DNA from: Piromyces finnis finn
Lineage: Eukaryota > Fungi > Neocallimastigomycota
DNA length: 64,000 nt
Assembly (NCBI GenBank): GCA_002104945.1
Contig: MCFH01000001.1
Coordinates: forward strand, 620,001 to 684,000
Reading direction: 5' to 3'
Shown here: positions 23,901 through 42,384 of the stretch, piece after piece
Layout: the number at the start of each line of letters is the position of its first letter
Numbering within the stretch: position 1 is the stretch's first letter
Position numbers and translations under genes: made by a program
The notes under the pieces: model-generated
Databases searched by the model: none
What the model was told of the DNA's origin: nothing
Seen by the model: the letters and a program-made list of their open reading frames with translations, nothing else

Positions 23901-26171
23901 TAAGATGTGCTATTAACATACTAAAGTATTTTGTTAATATTTCCTCATTTATTTATCTTCCTATTCTTAATAAATTCTATCAATTATTGATGATGAAGGC
24001 CAATGAGCATTCTTCTTTAAAAACAATCAATTCTATATGTCATAAAATTGTTGATTTATGTATTCAAGAGGGTGGCTATAACATTCAAGCCTTAAAGAAT
24101 GGCTTTTCAGGTCTTTTTATTTCTTCGGTGAGACTTAAAGAAACATTTGATGCTATTAACTATCTTTATATCCTTTCAAATATTGGTATTATCGCCAACA
24201 ATATTCGATTATTAAATGTTAATACAAATGTAAAGGCACGCCTTATGGAACAAAATATTCAATCAAAGGGTATTAAGAATGAAATGAAATTATGGTATGC
24301 TAAAGAGAATCAACTCTACGAAATATATGATACTCTCTACGACCCAATAGACATTACACAAATAAAGGCAAAAAATGATGTAAAAAATCACGTACGTATG
24401 GATTTTTCATCCTTCTTTGATGAAAAAAAAGTTATTGAAAACATATATCTTTACTACAAGTATCTTTTCTTTGACACCACTTTATTAGATAACATTGCAT
24501 TTGATTATTATTCATGTTCCAAAATGTCAAGATTACAAAGGACACATCAAACGCTTCTTCATGAACTACCAAGTGACATTTTATCAGAAATTACCATTAG
24601 TAGATTAGTAAATATAAATAATGCAACTGATTCTAAATATATGGAAAAATTTGAAAATATGTGGATGGCTCAATGGTTCCATCGTTGGTATTTACCATGT
24701 GATTATGAGTATGAAGACAAAGATGATGATGCCTCCAGTTTAAATTTAAATGAAAAGAAAGTTAATAACGAAATGTATAATAAAAAGAATGTTTTAGTTA
24801 TCTACCATCTAAATACAACAGAGAACCTAAAGCTAAAGGAATTAATATCAAAAATAAAGAAATTAAGAAAGGAAATTAAATTAGAAAAAAAGAGGAATAG
24901 ATCTAGTCAAGAATCGAGAATTTTGAGATCTTTTTCAAAAACATCAAGAGTTACTTCGCGTGAAAAGAGTAAATGTGAAATAGTGTCTATTGAAGAAACT
25001 AGCGTAAGTGAGAGTTGTGCTATTACCTCTAATCCCAATAATAATTTATCTTATTCAACACAACATAAAGTAAATAGTATATTAAATTCTAATCAAACCA
25101 GTGTAAGTATATTTTCATCCTTATCGGAAACTCTGAATAAATTAGAAGACGATGATTTACCAACTTTAAATAAATTCAAATTATACAACACTAACAATAA
25201 TGACAATAGTGATAATAAAAAAGGCATACAAAATTATACTACTAAAGAATTCGGTGATGATACGCCATCACCATCACCGTATAAACCTATTGTTTTAGAT
25301 GAAATTATATCAAAATCAGAAGATATTTCAAACATTCAAAAAGAAATTGATAAAAATAAGAATAATTGTAATCAATATAAAATAAGAAATAAATACTTTA
25401 TGATGGAAGAAAATGAATTCAAATCTATTTTTGAAAAAACTACTGAAACCGATGATGAACTTTTAGGCAACAATAATTTCAACGATCAAAATCCAAAAGA
25501 ATTACTCCTCAAAGAATTGTATAAATCTTTATACGACAAATGCATTTATTCAGTAAAAATTCCAAAAACCATTGTAAAAGAAATACAATTTATATGTGCC
25601 AGAAACGAAGCTGATTCCAAAAACTTTTTCTTTACAAAAGAAAGTGATAGTGCTATACTTGATCATCGATTAAAAAAAGATCTTATAAAAGATATTGTTA
25701 AATATATTGTCGGACCAGATATTAAATATGTAAGTTTTTTTAGTATTATTTGTATATTTATCATCAGCAACAACATATTATAAATGATGATCACTATTAT
25801 ATAAATATATTAATACTGATTCTATTGTTTCTGTTTTTTTTTTTTTTTTTTTTTGTTTCATTTCTATTATATAGGAAATCAGCGATAACTTATTAAACAG
25901 TGATAATTTAATAGAAAATATATCAGCATTGTTTGATAGTGATAGAGGAATGTTATTTGAATCAAATAATATATTTTCAAATTGGATTTTTGATATTTGT
26001 ATGAAAAGAAAATCATTAAATAAAAAATTACAAGGGGATGGTGAAGAAAGTGAAGAATTAGAAGAGAAAGAACCTATAGGAATTACAGAGACAAAAGAAG
26101 ATAAAATAAAAAAGGAGAAAGATGGATCTATACCAAATCGTGATGAAGATCATTCAGTTACAGCTATTTAG
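14665..26171 (+). CDS. CFAP54: Cilia- and flagella-associated protein 54-like (central-pair C1d component), about 3,500 aa, roughly 5 exons
   Basis: ORF-track pieces 14940, 15932, 19139 and 25929 join through GT-AG introns. The segment PPPICIKRSNASLVFRPLP...IISGLKENSKYIVAVAAYDKNKNLL...PLLVALPLP matches my recollection of the CFAP54 FN3-like block. There is an IQ-like ALNIIANKVGFFWRRRRY and long helical-repeat character. The start at 14665 is inferred. Confidence 0.75.
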
Positions 26172-26746
26172 AGGGGAAAAAACAATACATATCTTATGAA
26201 AATATATTTATAATATATCTTAAAATTATACTTTTAATAGAATATAAAAATTTCAAAAATATATAATATCATAAAATTAAAAAAAAAAAAAAAAAAAAAT
26301 CTATTATGTTATATATATATATGTAATTATTTACTTTTGTTTATTTTAATTTTATATTATTAATAAAGAAATTAGTTATAAATAAAAAAAAGTTACAACA
26401 ATTACAATAATTATTTTTATTTCATTTTTCATTTTTTTTTTTTTTAATACTATTCATATTCATATCGTATAATTGATTTTTTTTTTTTTTTTTAAAAATA
26501 ATAATTGATGTAAATTAAAATTAAAAAAATTAAATTAAAAATATTTAAAATATATAAAAAGTTTAATTAATATATTAAAATAATTTCAAAAAGTATTTAA
26601 TTTAGTTTAAATAAAATAAAATAAAAAAAAAAAAAATAACTAAAAAATAAAAAGGAAAATAAACTTTTTAGTAATAAGAACTATTTATATTTTATTTTTT
26701 TTAAATACTTGTATTGTTAATAATAAAGTAAAATAATAATTTAACA

Positions 26747-27960
26747 ATGTCTGCCAATAGAAAACTTAATGTTGATATCGATGAAGATTTTGAAGAAGAC
26801 GTTGAAGTCGAAGTTGATAACTATACTAAATATAGATCCTTATGTGATGATGTTAAATCTAACATTTTAAGGTAATAATAAAAATACGTAATTCATATTT
26901 TATCATATCATAATTAATAAGCAATAAATAAAATGAAGAACGAAATATATTTTTAATAGAATATTTAAAGATTATGATAAATATAATATATTTAATTATT
27001 TATACTTTCCTTGTATATATAAACTAAAAAAAATAAAAGAATTTTATGTTGTAATAATATTTTTATAACTAACATATAAACTATTATTATTGCATTATTT
27101 ATAAATCCTGTTTATTATTATTAACATTATGAACTATAAAATAAAATAAAATAAAAACAATCATCTTGTTGAAAAAAATATCAAAATTTTAAAATTTAAT
27201 AACTATTGTTTTTTTTAATAATTATTAAATGGATGATAAATTTAATTCAATAATTTGCAAATGAAATAATAGAGGTGATTTAAACAGTGCGATCAAAAGA
27301 GCAGTTTCTGAAAATTTCATTTCTAAGAAGGCACCAAGTGACATTAGAGTAATATATTATTTAATACTATTTTTTTTTAAATCAATTAAAATTATCTTTA
27401 ATAAATAAAAACATTAACTCTTAAAAATTTGAAATTTTTTAAACATATAAATAAATAAACACATAAATAAATAAAAAAATTTGTAAACAATTTTATAAAA
27501 AACATAATGAAATATATTTCAGGAAGCATGTATTTCAACTGTTATAGAAGCTATGAGTGCTGTTAAAAGTTTGGAAATTCCAACTATTGTTAATCAATTA
27601 AATAGTAATGAACTTGATATATTAATCAAATTTGTATATGTTGGCATGGCTCAACCAGAAATTTACAATTCCTCAATATTAATTACATGGCATGAAAAGG
27701 TATATACATATTATATATACATATATTGAACGTTAATAAAATAATTTTATCAGCATTAGCATTTAATAAAATAATTTCTTCTTTTTTCTTTATTAAATAA
27801 AATATTGTTTCTCTGTTATTAAATTATATTTATATCTTACTCGTGAATATTTTAAAATCTTATATAATTATAATAATATTTTATATTATAATTAAAGATT
27901 GTAAATGTTGCTGGTCTTGGCTGCATTGTTCGTGTTTTAACTGATCGTAATACTGTATAA
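26747..27960 (+). CDS. ARPC5: Arp2/3 complex subunit 5 (p16-Arc), 4 exons
   Basis: The spliced product ends ...LNSNELDILIKFVYVGMAQPEIYNSSILITWHEK|IVNVAGLGCIVRVLTDRNTV*, the typical p16-Arc C-terminus. It is missing from the ORF track because the exons are short. Confidence 0.93.
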
Positions 27961-30705
27961 ATGGATAAACAACAGCTTTAATTTAAAAAAAAAAAAAATT
28001 GTAAAAAACTTGAAACAATATATAAAAATACACATATATATAAAGATAAAATAAAAGAAAGTACAAAAATAATAATAATAATAAACAAACAAATTATTAA
28101 AAGGCATAATAAATAAAAAAAATTCTTTTAAAAAAAAAAGGCAAATTTTTAAATACTACAAAAGGATTAAAAAATATTAAATAAATAAATAAATAATGTA
28201 ACAAAAACAAAGAAAAACAAATAATCAATAAAATTAAGATATAAAAAAATAAAAGAAAAATTGAAAAATGCAATAAAAATATAGCAGTAATAGCATTAAT
28301 ATGACATTTAGTATTATTATTTAATACAAATCTTGTAAATATATACATATATATTAAATTAATAACCATTTGTTTAGTGAAAACATGACTTTATTATACC
28401 AATAGGTAAAATTATCAATATAAATATAAACGTTATATTTAAAGATTTGCTTAAAATACTATGGTAGAAAAGGGTTGCAATGAAATTATTATAAAAGTTT
28501 TTCCTATTAAAAAGAAAAGTTACTTTTATTTTTATCTTTGGTTAAATGTATTATTTGGCATATCTATTGTTTTTTAATTGAATATTTTTAATAAACAATA
28601 TATATATTATTATTATTAATTGCTACATTTTTATACCAACAGCTAGCTAGATAATAAAAGTACTAATTTAACCAATAATAAAAATATTTAAAATTAAGGA
28701 ATTTTTGATTGATAACAGCTTAAAGAAATAGTTATATTAAATAATCCTTATTGGTTTTGTATGTATGATACATATAATCAAAAAAAAAAAAAGCATACTA
28801 TAATTTAAATGCTGCTGCAAGTATATCTTACTATTTTCACCATTTGAAATTATAAGTGTATAATCCCTACTAACTTAAATTATTGTATTACATTAAAGTA
28901 AACTTTCCCATGCGCCATATTTAAATAAGAAGATCAAAAAATACAATACATTATAATTTAATTATTTTATTTCTATATTTTTATGGATGATTAATTTTTT
29001 TAAATAAATTTAATTAATCTTGTGATATTTTAATATAATAATTAATAAATAAAATAATATTGTAAAATATATAAAATTATATATTTGGTATTATTATGTA
29101 TTAATGTATTTACTTTTTTTAATAATCCACATACAAAAGTATTGTAAGTTGTAAAAGTTAACGATGATAACTTGTATCATTAGTAATAAAGTAAATATTG
29201 TAAAAAAAAAAAATAAAAGACATTGTTTATTAATTTATAAACTAGTTTTCATTATATAAAAATATCATAGTTTTTATTATACTATAATAATGCATAATAC
29301 CATTTTAATTTAAAAACTATGTCTTCATAATTATTTTTTTCTCAACTATTTTCATAATTTCAGTAGTGTTTCATATTTATTAATAACTAAAATAAGAAAG
29401 AAATACTTATTAATTAAATCTCTGATAATAATATAACATTCTCATATCACTGATAAAATATACACATAAAATAAACTACTAAAAGGGTTTTATTATTATT
29501 ATTATTATTTTATTTTAAATTTCATTATTGTATTAATAATATTCAATAAATATATATATATATTTGTATATTTGTATTTTTAAAATAAAAATTGAAAACT
29601 AGAACTTGTTCTTAGCGAAAAAAAGTTTAATTTCTATCAATATACAAAAAATAAGTGCATAATATTAAATAAATTTTTTTATATTAAATAAAATTTATAA
29701 AAAAATAAATTATATTATTAATAAATAAATTATTATTTATTTGTGTACTTTATTATAGTATAATTTTTTTTTTTTTTATATATATTTCTTTAATACCTTT
29801 CCATTTTTTATATTATTTCTTTTTTTTTTTTTTTTTTTTCAGAAAAAGAAATTTTATATAATAATAATATAAAAAAAAAAAAAAAAATAGAATATCGAAA
29901 GGAATTTAAAGAAGAATAGAAGAAAAGTTATATATATCCAATAAGAAAATCATTACTCTTTTCTTTACTATTTTTTTTTCTATTTCTTTGATAGTACTTT
30001 AAAAAAAAATAATCTTATATAATAGCAATTAGGAAGAAGAAGAAAAAGAAATTTTTTTTTTTTTTTTTTTTACGTTAGAATATACACACATCAACCATTT
30101 GACTAAACATTATTTAAAAAATATTTGTAAGAAAAGGTAAATTTTTAGTATTTATTTTATTATATTATAATTATTATTTATTATTTGTTATAAATTTATT
30201 TTCCATTTAAAAATTATTTAATAAAGTGTTATATATAGTATTTGTATAACAAAATAAAATATAGAGATTATTAATTAGTATTATAAAAATTTTGATTTTT
30301 TTATTAAATAATCATTACGTATTAAAAGTTTGTTAAAATTATTCAAAAATAATATATAAATGATGTTTTTATGTAAAGATAGATGAATATATGTTTTAAA
30401 ATAATATAACATAACAAAAAAATATTTTTAATAAATATTAGTAAAACAGTTTTAAGTTTTCGAATAAAAAAATAAAATAAAAATAGCTTTAATAATTATA
30501 TGTACATATCAATAAATGTTTTTTTTATTTTCTTCGATATTTCTTTTAATATATATGTAAATTTATTTTAATATATAAAGGCTAATATTATATATGTTTT
30601 ATATATATATATATCATTGTAATTGATATTGCTATTTATTGATTTCTCACAAAAGTAATATTCACAAATTCAATTTGATTAATTAATTAATTAATTAGAA
30701 TCAAA

Positions 30706-34622
<3,917 letters not shown>

Positions 34623-34667
34623 TTTTCTTTTATGAATCATTAATTGCATAACATAGTCTTATGATGC

Positions 34668-34709
<42 letters not shown>

Positions 34710-35503
34710 CATACATCTTTTTTTTAAAAGAAAAAAATAAAAATAAAAAGGGGGAATTAAATAATCAATTTACATTTTCTAAGAAACCGATAATCTATAT
34801 ATATTTTTGGAAACGTTTTTAAAGAAAAAAAAATCAACTGTTTTTATAAAAAAAAATAATAAAATGATACTCATTAAGTTTTTCTTTTAATTCCTTTTTT
34901 TATTTTTAAAATCATTCAATATAAATAACCAATTTCAACTCTATATTATAAATATTATACACAAGAATTTTATATTTTATACCTAATAAATATATAAATA
35001 GAATAACAAAAAATAATAAAACAACAATAAAAATATTAACATTAATTAAATAATAGTAATAATAAGATTATAAAAAAAAATAAAAAAAAAAAGCATAAAT
35101 ATATTTTATATAAGAATGAAATAGTGAAAACAACAATAATAATTAGCGATAAACAAACAAAAACCGAAAATAATAAATAAATAAAATAATAAAAAAACTA
35201 AAATAAAATAAAATAAAAACAATAATAATAATATAATAATAATAATAACAATTATTCACATAAATAAATACTTTTTAAAAAAAAAAAAAAAAAACCGATA
35301 TATTTAAATAATGAAACAAAAAGAAAAATACTAATTCACCTATAATAGTACTTTATTTTTTTTTTCAATTTATTTTTTTATATTGTTAATAATAAATTTA
35401 AAAAAAAAAACATTCTTTATAAATATGTTTTATTTTACTAAAGTTCAATTTTTAAACGAAAACTTTTTCTTATTTTTTAGTTAATCTTTTTTTTTTATTC
35501 ATT

Positions 35504-35535
<32 letters not shown>

Positions 35536-36180
35536 TTTATTTTATTCTTTATATTATTATATTTAATAAATCAAAATTACAAAATATCATATTTTAAAAT
35601 TAAAATATATATTAAGCGTTTGATCTATAACTTGACCTACTTTTATTATTGTGTGTGTGTGTGATAAAAAAAAAAAAAAAGATGAAAATTAAAATATTAA
35701 TTCATATAAAAGTGATTAGATAATTTAAAACTTTAATATTATTATTTTTCTAAACAAAAATTTTTTTAATTATTTTTTATCTTTATCGCTTTTATAAATT
35801 TTAAAAAAAAAAAAAAAAAAAAAAAAATAGTTAAAAAAAAAGGAAAAAATAAAAAAAAAAAAAAGTAAAATTTCGAAATTAAAAAAGAATTAGAAATTTT
35901 AGTTCAAAGCTTTTTCTCATCAGTATATATATATATATATTTAAATTTAAGGAAAATAATAATAATAAATAAAAAAAAAAAGGCAATAAAAATATATGCA
36001 TATACATATATATACTTTTTATATGCAATAAACTCTTTTCAATTATTTTCATACAAGGTATTATTCTTATTGCAAGAAGGCATTTTTAAAACTTAATATA
36101 TTATTTAATATATTTAAAAAGTTTCAAATATCATATCCCGAAAATTTAACAATTTTTCAGAGTTTTCATATTTTAATTTT

Positions 36181-36218
<38 letters not shown>

Positions 36219-36505
36219 TATTTAAGAAATTTTTAAATATTCAAAATTTCATCTAATCTCTTTGTTAATTTCTTTTCTTTTTTTATTATATTTTATTTTA
36301 TTTTTTCTTCCATTCAATCATAGAAAAAAAAAAAAAAAAAGGAAATTATAATATACATTTAGCAAATTAACTATAAAATAACGAAATTTTTAAAAATTGC
36401 AAAATTCATGCTTTTATTAATTGGACATTCCAAAGAAAATATTATTAATAATTCTATAAATTTCATTCTCGATTAAAATATATTAGCCAAAGTAAAATAA
36501 AGAAA

Positions 36506-36667
36506 ATGAGTGATAATTACAAAAAAACTCTAAATTCGGCAAAACTTGCCTTACCTCATCTTAAAATTATGAGAAGTTGTCAATTAGATTCAATCATAAT
36601 AGATAAAGAAATCTATGCAATACTAAAAGAACTATTCTTAAAAATATTTGAAGTATACAAAGTAATA

Positions 36668-36706
<39 letters not shown>

Positions 36707-38176
36707 CTTTAAAATAAATATTATAAATTATGTTTTTAAAATTTATTTTAATATAATTTTTCCAATTATACATATTATTTCCTTTTTAAAAGCCTTCTTT
36801 AAAAGATAAATATCAAGCTGAAATTAAATTATTCATAAAATTAATAATATATCGTTTTTCAATACTGGAAAATAAACCAACATATGGATGTAAATTACAA
36901 AATTTAAAATATAGAAATGAATATTCTCATTTAAATAGATGTATGTCATTTAAATTTTATTTATACATTTTTTAAATTAAAAGTATTTAATTTTTAAAAA
37001 TATAAATTTGGATAAAGATGGGCCCAAAATCCGCCCATTCAAAATGAGTGATAGTTTACTAGATCATTTATATTTTAAAAATTTATTTAACACATTTAAT
37101 ATTGTATCATAATTATAGACTCAATGTATAATGCCAGTTCAAATTTATCAAAGGAACAAAAAATTTTGTATTTTGTTTTAAAAATACTGACCCCATATCT
37201 CTATGAAAAATTAAACGATTATATAACTATTAATGGATGGGGTGAATATAGTAATGTAAGTTTTAAAAAAAAAAAAAAAAGTCAATAATATTATGTTGAA
37301 AGGTATTTGTTTTAATAGAAAATTAATATTTTTACTTTAATCAACAACAGAAAAATCCCAAGAAGAAATTTTGGAAACTTCTCCAATCCTTTGAAAAAAT
37401 GTATCAATTATCTTCCTTGATTAACTTTTATGCATTTTTATATAATGGAAAGTAAGTAATTCACAATTATATAGTAAATTTTTGAATTATATATAAATGT
37501 TTCATAATTAATTTAATATTTATGATATCTTTATGGTAATAGATACACATCTGTAGTTGACAGATTATTAAAGATTCGTTTAGTTTATGATAATGAAAAT
37601 CTTAATCGTATTATTAGTAATGATTATTTAAGTTTTCAACTTGCTTGGTCTGTTTTAACGGTATATATAAAATAAAATTATGAGAAATATAATTTCATTA
37701 TTAATTATTAATTATAAAAAATTATGGTATTAATTTATTTTTTATTAATTTTTTCAATATTTTTCATTGATACTATTTATATTCAAAATAAAAAGAATTT
37801 CCTTTTATTCATATTGCCATTTATTAATATCAAAGGGATGAAAAATTATTTCAAAGGTTTATTAAATATTAAAAAAATCAATAAATATAAGGATTTACCA
37901 AAAGATCAATGTGCTATTTGTAAGGAAAATAAAGGAGATGACGCCTCATGTCCAGTTCATATTCCATACATTACAAATTGTGGACACATCTTTTGTTATT
38001 ATTGTATTAAATCAGAAATGATAAATTCTTCTGGAAATGAAAAAAAATCAATGTATATATGTCCTCGCTGTTCAACTATTGTTAGTGATATAGAACCATA
38101 CTATCATTATGATGATGATGATGAATCCTTTTCTTCAGAGGTAGTAGAAAAAGATGAAGAAGATGGAGAACAATAA
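36506..38176 (+). CDS. PEX2: Peroxin-2 (Pex2/Pex12 N-terminal domain plus C-terminal RING), multi-exon
   Basis: N-terminal LKIMRSCQLDSIIIDKEI, then KYQAEIKLFIKLIIYRFSI...TYGCKLQNLKY and later exons NPKKKFWKLLQSFEK...INFYAFLYNGKYTSVVDRLLKIRL. The RING is CAIC...CGHIFCYYC...CPRC followed by an acidic tail. Confidence 0.88.
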
Positions 38177-38472
38177 AAATAATTGATTTCTCTATATTAT
38201 AAATAGATCCGCTGATATTTTCAATTGTAGAAAGTAAAAAGGAAAAATTTTACTTTCTTTTTATGAATACAACATCAATATCTACTTTTCTCTTAAAGCT
38301 TGTTACGTAAACCACATAGTTATCTGTATAAAAAAAAAAAAAAGAAGAGGGAAAGAAAATAAATCATTGAATAATAAATGAATAAATATAAATTATATTG
38401 AATAAAAATATTCAAAAAAAAAAAAAAAAAAAAAAAAAATGCAAGAAAAAAAGTTAAATAGTAAAAAGGAAA

Positions 38473-38515
<43 letters not shown>

Positions 38516-39860
38516 GTGGTAGGAATAAATAAATAAATGTTATAATTATGATTTTGTACTCTTTCTATTATTAGGAAAATATAAATATTATTTAAGGAAT
38601 AGCAAATACTATAATAAATGGATAGCAGTTTAATATAAAAGATTACGCATAAGATACTATCAATAATAAGTTTTATTATACAATAAAGTAACTATTAAAT
38701 TAGAAAAAAAAAAAGATAATAATATTTTAGTATTTTTTTTATTAAATCAATCATGGACAAGTTTTATTAGTACTTCAGACAGAGGTAAAGCAGAATATTT
38801 TAATAGAATAGACAATGTCAAATTTTAAAGTTATCCACACTCTATTTAATGGATAATAAATATCATGTGATATATATTTAATATATGTTAAAATAACATT
38901 ATTTTATTATCAAAATTATAACATTTAAACAGAATTTAAAAATCATGATTGGCTAATATTCAATATAATTCCAGAACTTTCCCATCTTAATAAATATGAG
39001 GTTAATTAAAAAAAAAAAGATTAATGAAATAATATAATATTATAATTAACTTATTCTTTACATATATATAATTAAATAGAATAATAATTTTCTTTATTTA
39101 TAATAATAAAAAATAAAGATTTATACAACTTTTATTGAGTTTTATTAAATTCCTTCACTAAATTTAAAGCATAATTATTTATTGATGGTAGACTTTATGG
39201 TTCATTCAAATTTAATTAATCTTTTTTTTTTTAATGTAACCTTTTGATTCTATTTTTTTTTATATTACAAAGTATAATAATATATTATGTAGAATATATT
39301 AAGAATATATTAATCTAAATAATAAAAATTTTAATAAAAATTTTTCTTTTATTATACTAAAAGAAAATGTAAAGAAAAAAATAATTTAATTAAAACCAAT
39401 GACATTGATTCAATTGATTATATATGAATTACAAATTTGTATACATTAGAATGCATTGTATACAAGTTTAGTGATAATTAAAAAATAATTAAATTTTTTT
39501 TTTGTTTTACTTTTGCAAAGTTATTTTTTTTTTTTATAATATTATTATAAATGAAAGGTGATTTAGATTCAATTAAATAGAAATTTCAAATTAGTTTATT
39601 ATAGAAAAAAAAGAAAACACAATTTTAAGAAATTTTTGTAAATAATAATTAAATATAATATTGAAAAAAGAAAAGAAAAAAAAAATCATAGTTTAGTACA
39701 AATTCTTTTTTTTTTTTTTTCAATTTCATTATATATTTAAACAATATTTTTATTCATTATCTATCATATTATAATACCAAAACATTTCCTATTTTATTCT
39801 ATTAGTTATTATTTATTCCTATCTTTTATCAATTTAATAATTTTTAAAAAAAAAATAAGA

Positions 39861-41623
39861 ATGTCTCGTAGAACATTATTCGTTGCAGGTATTCCACATG
39901 ATATAAAGTAAGTTGATAATTATAACAAATAACAAATAATAATAACAAATAATAATAATGAATAACTAAATTTTTTATAATATTATTGCTATTATAAATA
40001 TTATTATTATTACTTAATATTATTTTTTCATAGTGCAAGAGAATTAGCTTATGACTTTGAAAGGTAAATTTCAAAATGAAATTTAAAAAGGAAAAAAATT
40101 TAAATAAAAATTTCAATAAAATATCTTTAATATTGTTTAATTATTTTACATAATATATTTTATTATATACTTTGTACCATATTATCATATTATATAGTAT
40201 TATATTATATTATATTTTTTTTTTATTACAAGGAAATTCATTTATGAATAGATAAATATAAGACGAAACGAAAAAATGGAATGTTTTAACTATTCGATAA
40301 TTCAATAAACAAAGACGAAATAATGGATTATAAAAATAGATAAATTTTAAACTGATATAAATTATACATATATATACCTTTTTAAATATAAAAATAAATT
40401 GGAATAAATTTTTTTCATTTCTAATTATACTAGTATAATTAGAACATATTTCTATTAAATAATCCATGAATTATTTTTTATTCCATTTTTTTTTGTTTCT
40501 ATATGATACAAATATAATATAATATAATAATTATAATAATATACTGTAATAGATAAATCCTTATTTCTATTCACCAACATTTTTATTAATAGTCATTATT
40601 GGAAAAATATTAATATAAAATTTTATTCATTCATTTTTTAAATACAGATATGGAAGGTTAGTTCGTAGTGATATTCCAAGACCAAGATACTATAATTCAA
40701 CTAGATATGCCTTTGTTGAATTCGAAGATCCAAGAGATGCTGAAGTATGTAAATCACAAATATTTATGAAACATCTCAAGAATTTTTCAAAAAAAAAAAA
40801 AAAAAAAAAAAATTGAAAAAAAAAACTAAATATATTATATTATATATTTTTATAAAATAAAATAATAATAATAAAATAGGATGCTTTTTATGAAATGCAT
40901 GGTAGAAGAATAAATGGCTGTCAAATATCTATTCAAGTAAGTTTAATATATTAATATAATTAATAAAAATAATATTTAAAATTTCGAATGTAATTCTAAC
41001 CTTTTAACCACATAACTATAAAAAATTTTAAACTTTTTTTTTTAAAAAAATAATTTTAATCCTATATTTCTTTTCTTTCAAAAAATAATTATAATAATAA
41101 TAATAATGAATAGTGGGCAAAATCAAATTTAAGATCTTATTCAAGATCATACTCCAAGAGTCGTTCTAGATCACCATACTATCGTCACCGTCGTCGCTCC
41201 TATTCTAGATCTTACTCAAGGTCATTATCACGTTCAAGATCACGTTCACCATATTCTCGTAGTCGTTCACGCTCTAGATCTTTCTCTAGATCCTATTCAA
41301 GATCTAAATCTAGAACTCATTCTCGTACTTATTCTAGATCCTATTCAAGATCTCCAAGACGTTCTCATAGTATAATTAGAGAACCATCTAGAGGTAGAAG
41401 TCGTACTCCACGTGATTCACTTCCATTAGATTATGATAATACCAAGGAAAATACCAATAATCCAAATATTCCAATGGTTGAAGAACCATCAAAAATGGAA
41501 ATTAGAAATCAACCAAATGATTCAATGAATTCAACTTCAAATCAAGTACCAATAGCTGTTACATCTGAAGCAACATCTTGTGAAATTTCAGAACAAACTC
41601 TTAATACTGAATCTTCAGTATAA
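39861..41623 (+). CDS. SR splicing factor (single RRM plus RS domain), resembling fission-yeast Srp1; 5 coding exons
   Basis: The spliced RRM reads MSRRTLFVAGIPHDI-ARELAYDFERYGRLVRSDIP...[23 protein letters not shown]...IQWAK. The last exon encodes RSYSRS/RSRSP repeats. Absent from the ORF track. Confidence 0.9.
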
Positions 41624-42384
41624 AAAATCGTGGGGGAAAAAGTTTATATTTTAAAAATTATAGTAAAGAAGTACGGATATTTAAAAAGATAAATACACAA
41701 AGAAATTTATTTTTTCCTTTTTTTTTTTAGAAAATATATATCAAATAAAATTTTAAAATTACAAAAAAAAAACCTATTGATATTTTTAATAATGGTTATA
41801 TTGTTATAATTTTTTGTGTGTCTTGTAGGCGTGTCGTTTAAAATAAACTTTTTCTGAAAATAGGTAAACTTTAAAAGTTTTCTAAATCTGAAAAAAAAAC
41901 AAATTGAAAAAAAAAAAATTTTAAAAAATTTAATTTGCTCTTTTTTTTTTCAACATTCAAAATTATTAAAAAAATAAAAATTACATATGTTCTCCATACT
42001 TTTACTAAAATACCCACACCCCATAATGAAAAGAAAATACCTAAAATAAAATACAGTTTGAACTTTTTAATATAATTTTTTTTTGTTTGTTTGTTTATTT
42101 ATTTATAATTATTATTTGCTTTTTTATTTTCTTTTTTTTTTTTTTTTTTGTTTGTTTGTTACTATGATATATTTGCTTATATTTCTTTTACTTTTCTCAA
42201 AAAAGGTAAAAAAAAAAAAAATTATACATTTTTTTTTTCCTTTTTTTAAACTATTTTAATTTTGTTATTTTAATTTCTTTCTTTAGCATTTTTTACTGAT
42301 TTCTGAAAATAAAAAGATTTTCAAAAAAAAAAAAATATGAAAACTTTTGTTGCGTTTATTTCATTAAAAAGGTTCTATGAAAAT

